This document shows positions 63,550 through 64,000 of a DNA stretch of 64,000 nucleotides, in pieces. The stretch is from Ruditapes philippinarum. Lineage: Eukaryota. The translations under genes and the position numbers were made by a program. The stretch's first letter is position 1. Each line of letters opens with the position of its first letter. The stretch spans positions 124,001 through 188,000 of the forward strand of contig NW_026855312.1 of the NCBI RefSeq assembly GCF_026571515.1, read 5' to 3'. Below the pieces are notes generated by a model. The model had not been told where the DNA came from and ran no database searches. It worked only from the letters and a program-made list of their open reading frames with translations.

Positions 63550-63589
<40 letters not shown>

Positions 63590-63590
63590 T
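63415..63590. repeat. (TAA)n microsatellite and AT-rich derivatives
   Basis: Directly visible; explains the poly-Y and poly-I ORFs. Confidence 0.95.
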
Positions 63591-64000
63591 ACATTTCTAT
63601 TGTTTTTGTCAATATTTCAAATTGTAATAGAAAATGCAGCCATTATAAACCAATCCACTTTTATTTAAATATGACAACAGATTATTGGTCATGGTATATA
63701 ATGCATTTAAAAATAAATACTCATTTTTACCTTCATTTTGTAACTGCTATACACGAAAGGTATAACAACAAAAGAGCACAACAATATCATGCCAAGAAAC
63801 AGCTTCAGTTTTGAATCTATATCTTTCATTTTTTCTTTCTGAAAGGTAAAACAAGATAAATAAATAAATGAATTCAAATTATTAAAACTGTTACATAAGC
63901 CTTACATTTTACTAGAAAATCAACACATCAAATTATATGATTTTATGAAGAGGAATAAAAAAAATCATATAAGCATTTCAACAAGTTCAAGTTCACTGAT

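Noticed and set aside
63409-63814. Poly-Tyr/poly-Ile ORFs as the missing TM exon of the FKRP-like gene
   Set aside because: Derived from a (TAA)n microsatellite; no credible splice context.

Overview
AT-rich, intron-containing animal DNA; the SINE, MITE and Helentron-like repeats point to a bivalve mollusc (inference). The ORF track only catches exon fragments, so genes were rebuilt by hand from GT-AG boundaries and reading phase. The window holds two paralogous 14-exon SLC13/DASS Na+-dicarboxylate cotransporter genes facing each other (gene A + 7748-27542; gene B - 49426-35290, last acceptor in an N gap). Between them is a 3-exon, very divergent class-A-like 7TM receptor (+ 30796-33646) with a ~420-aa C-tail. 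The last exon of a fukutin-related (FKRP/LicD) phosphotransferase lies at - 62078-60348. The best finding is in gene A: two tandem, phase-matched copies of exon 6 (16792-16977 and 17076-17240). Both encode TM5 and its Na+/substrate-binding loop (TLTGTPPN vs TVTGSPPN) and show heavy synonymous divergence, so they are a candidate mutually exclusive splice switch in the transporter's binding site. The remainder is transposon debris: a CR1/L2 LINE split by a TTAA-targeting element, a foldback element with an 8-bp TSD, Sola2-like MITEs, tRNA-SINEs, a Helentron-like element and minisatellites.
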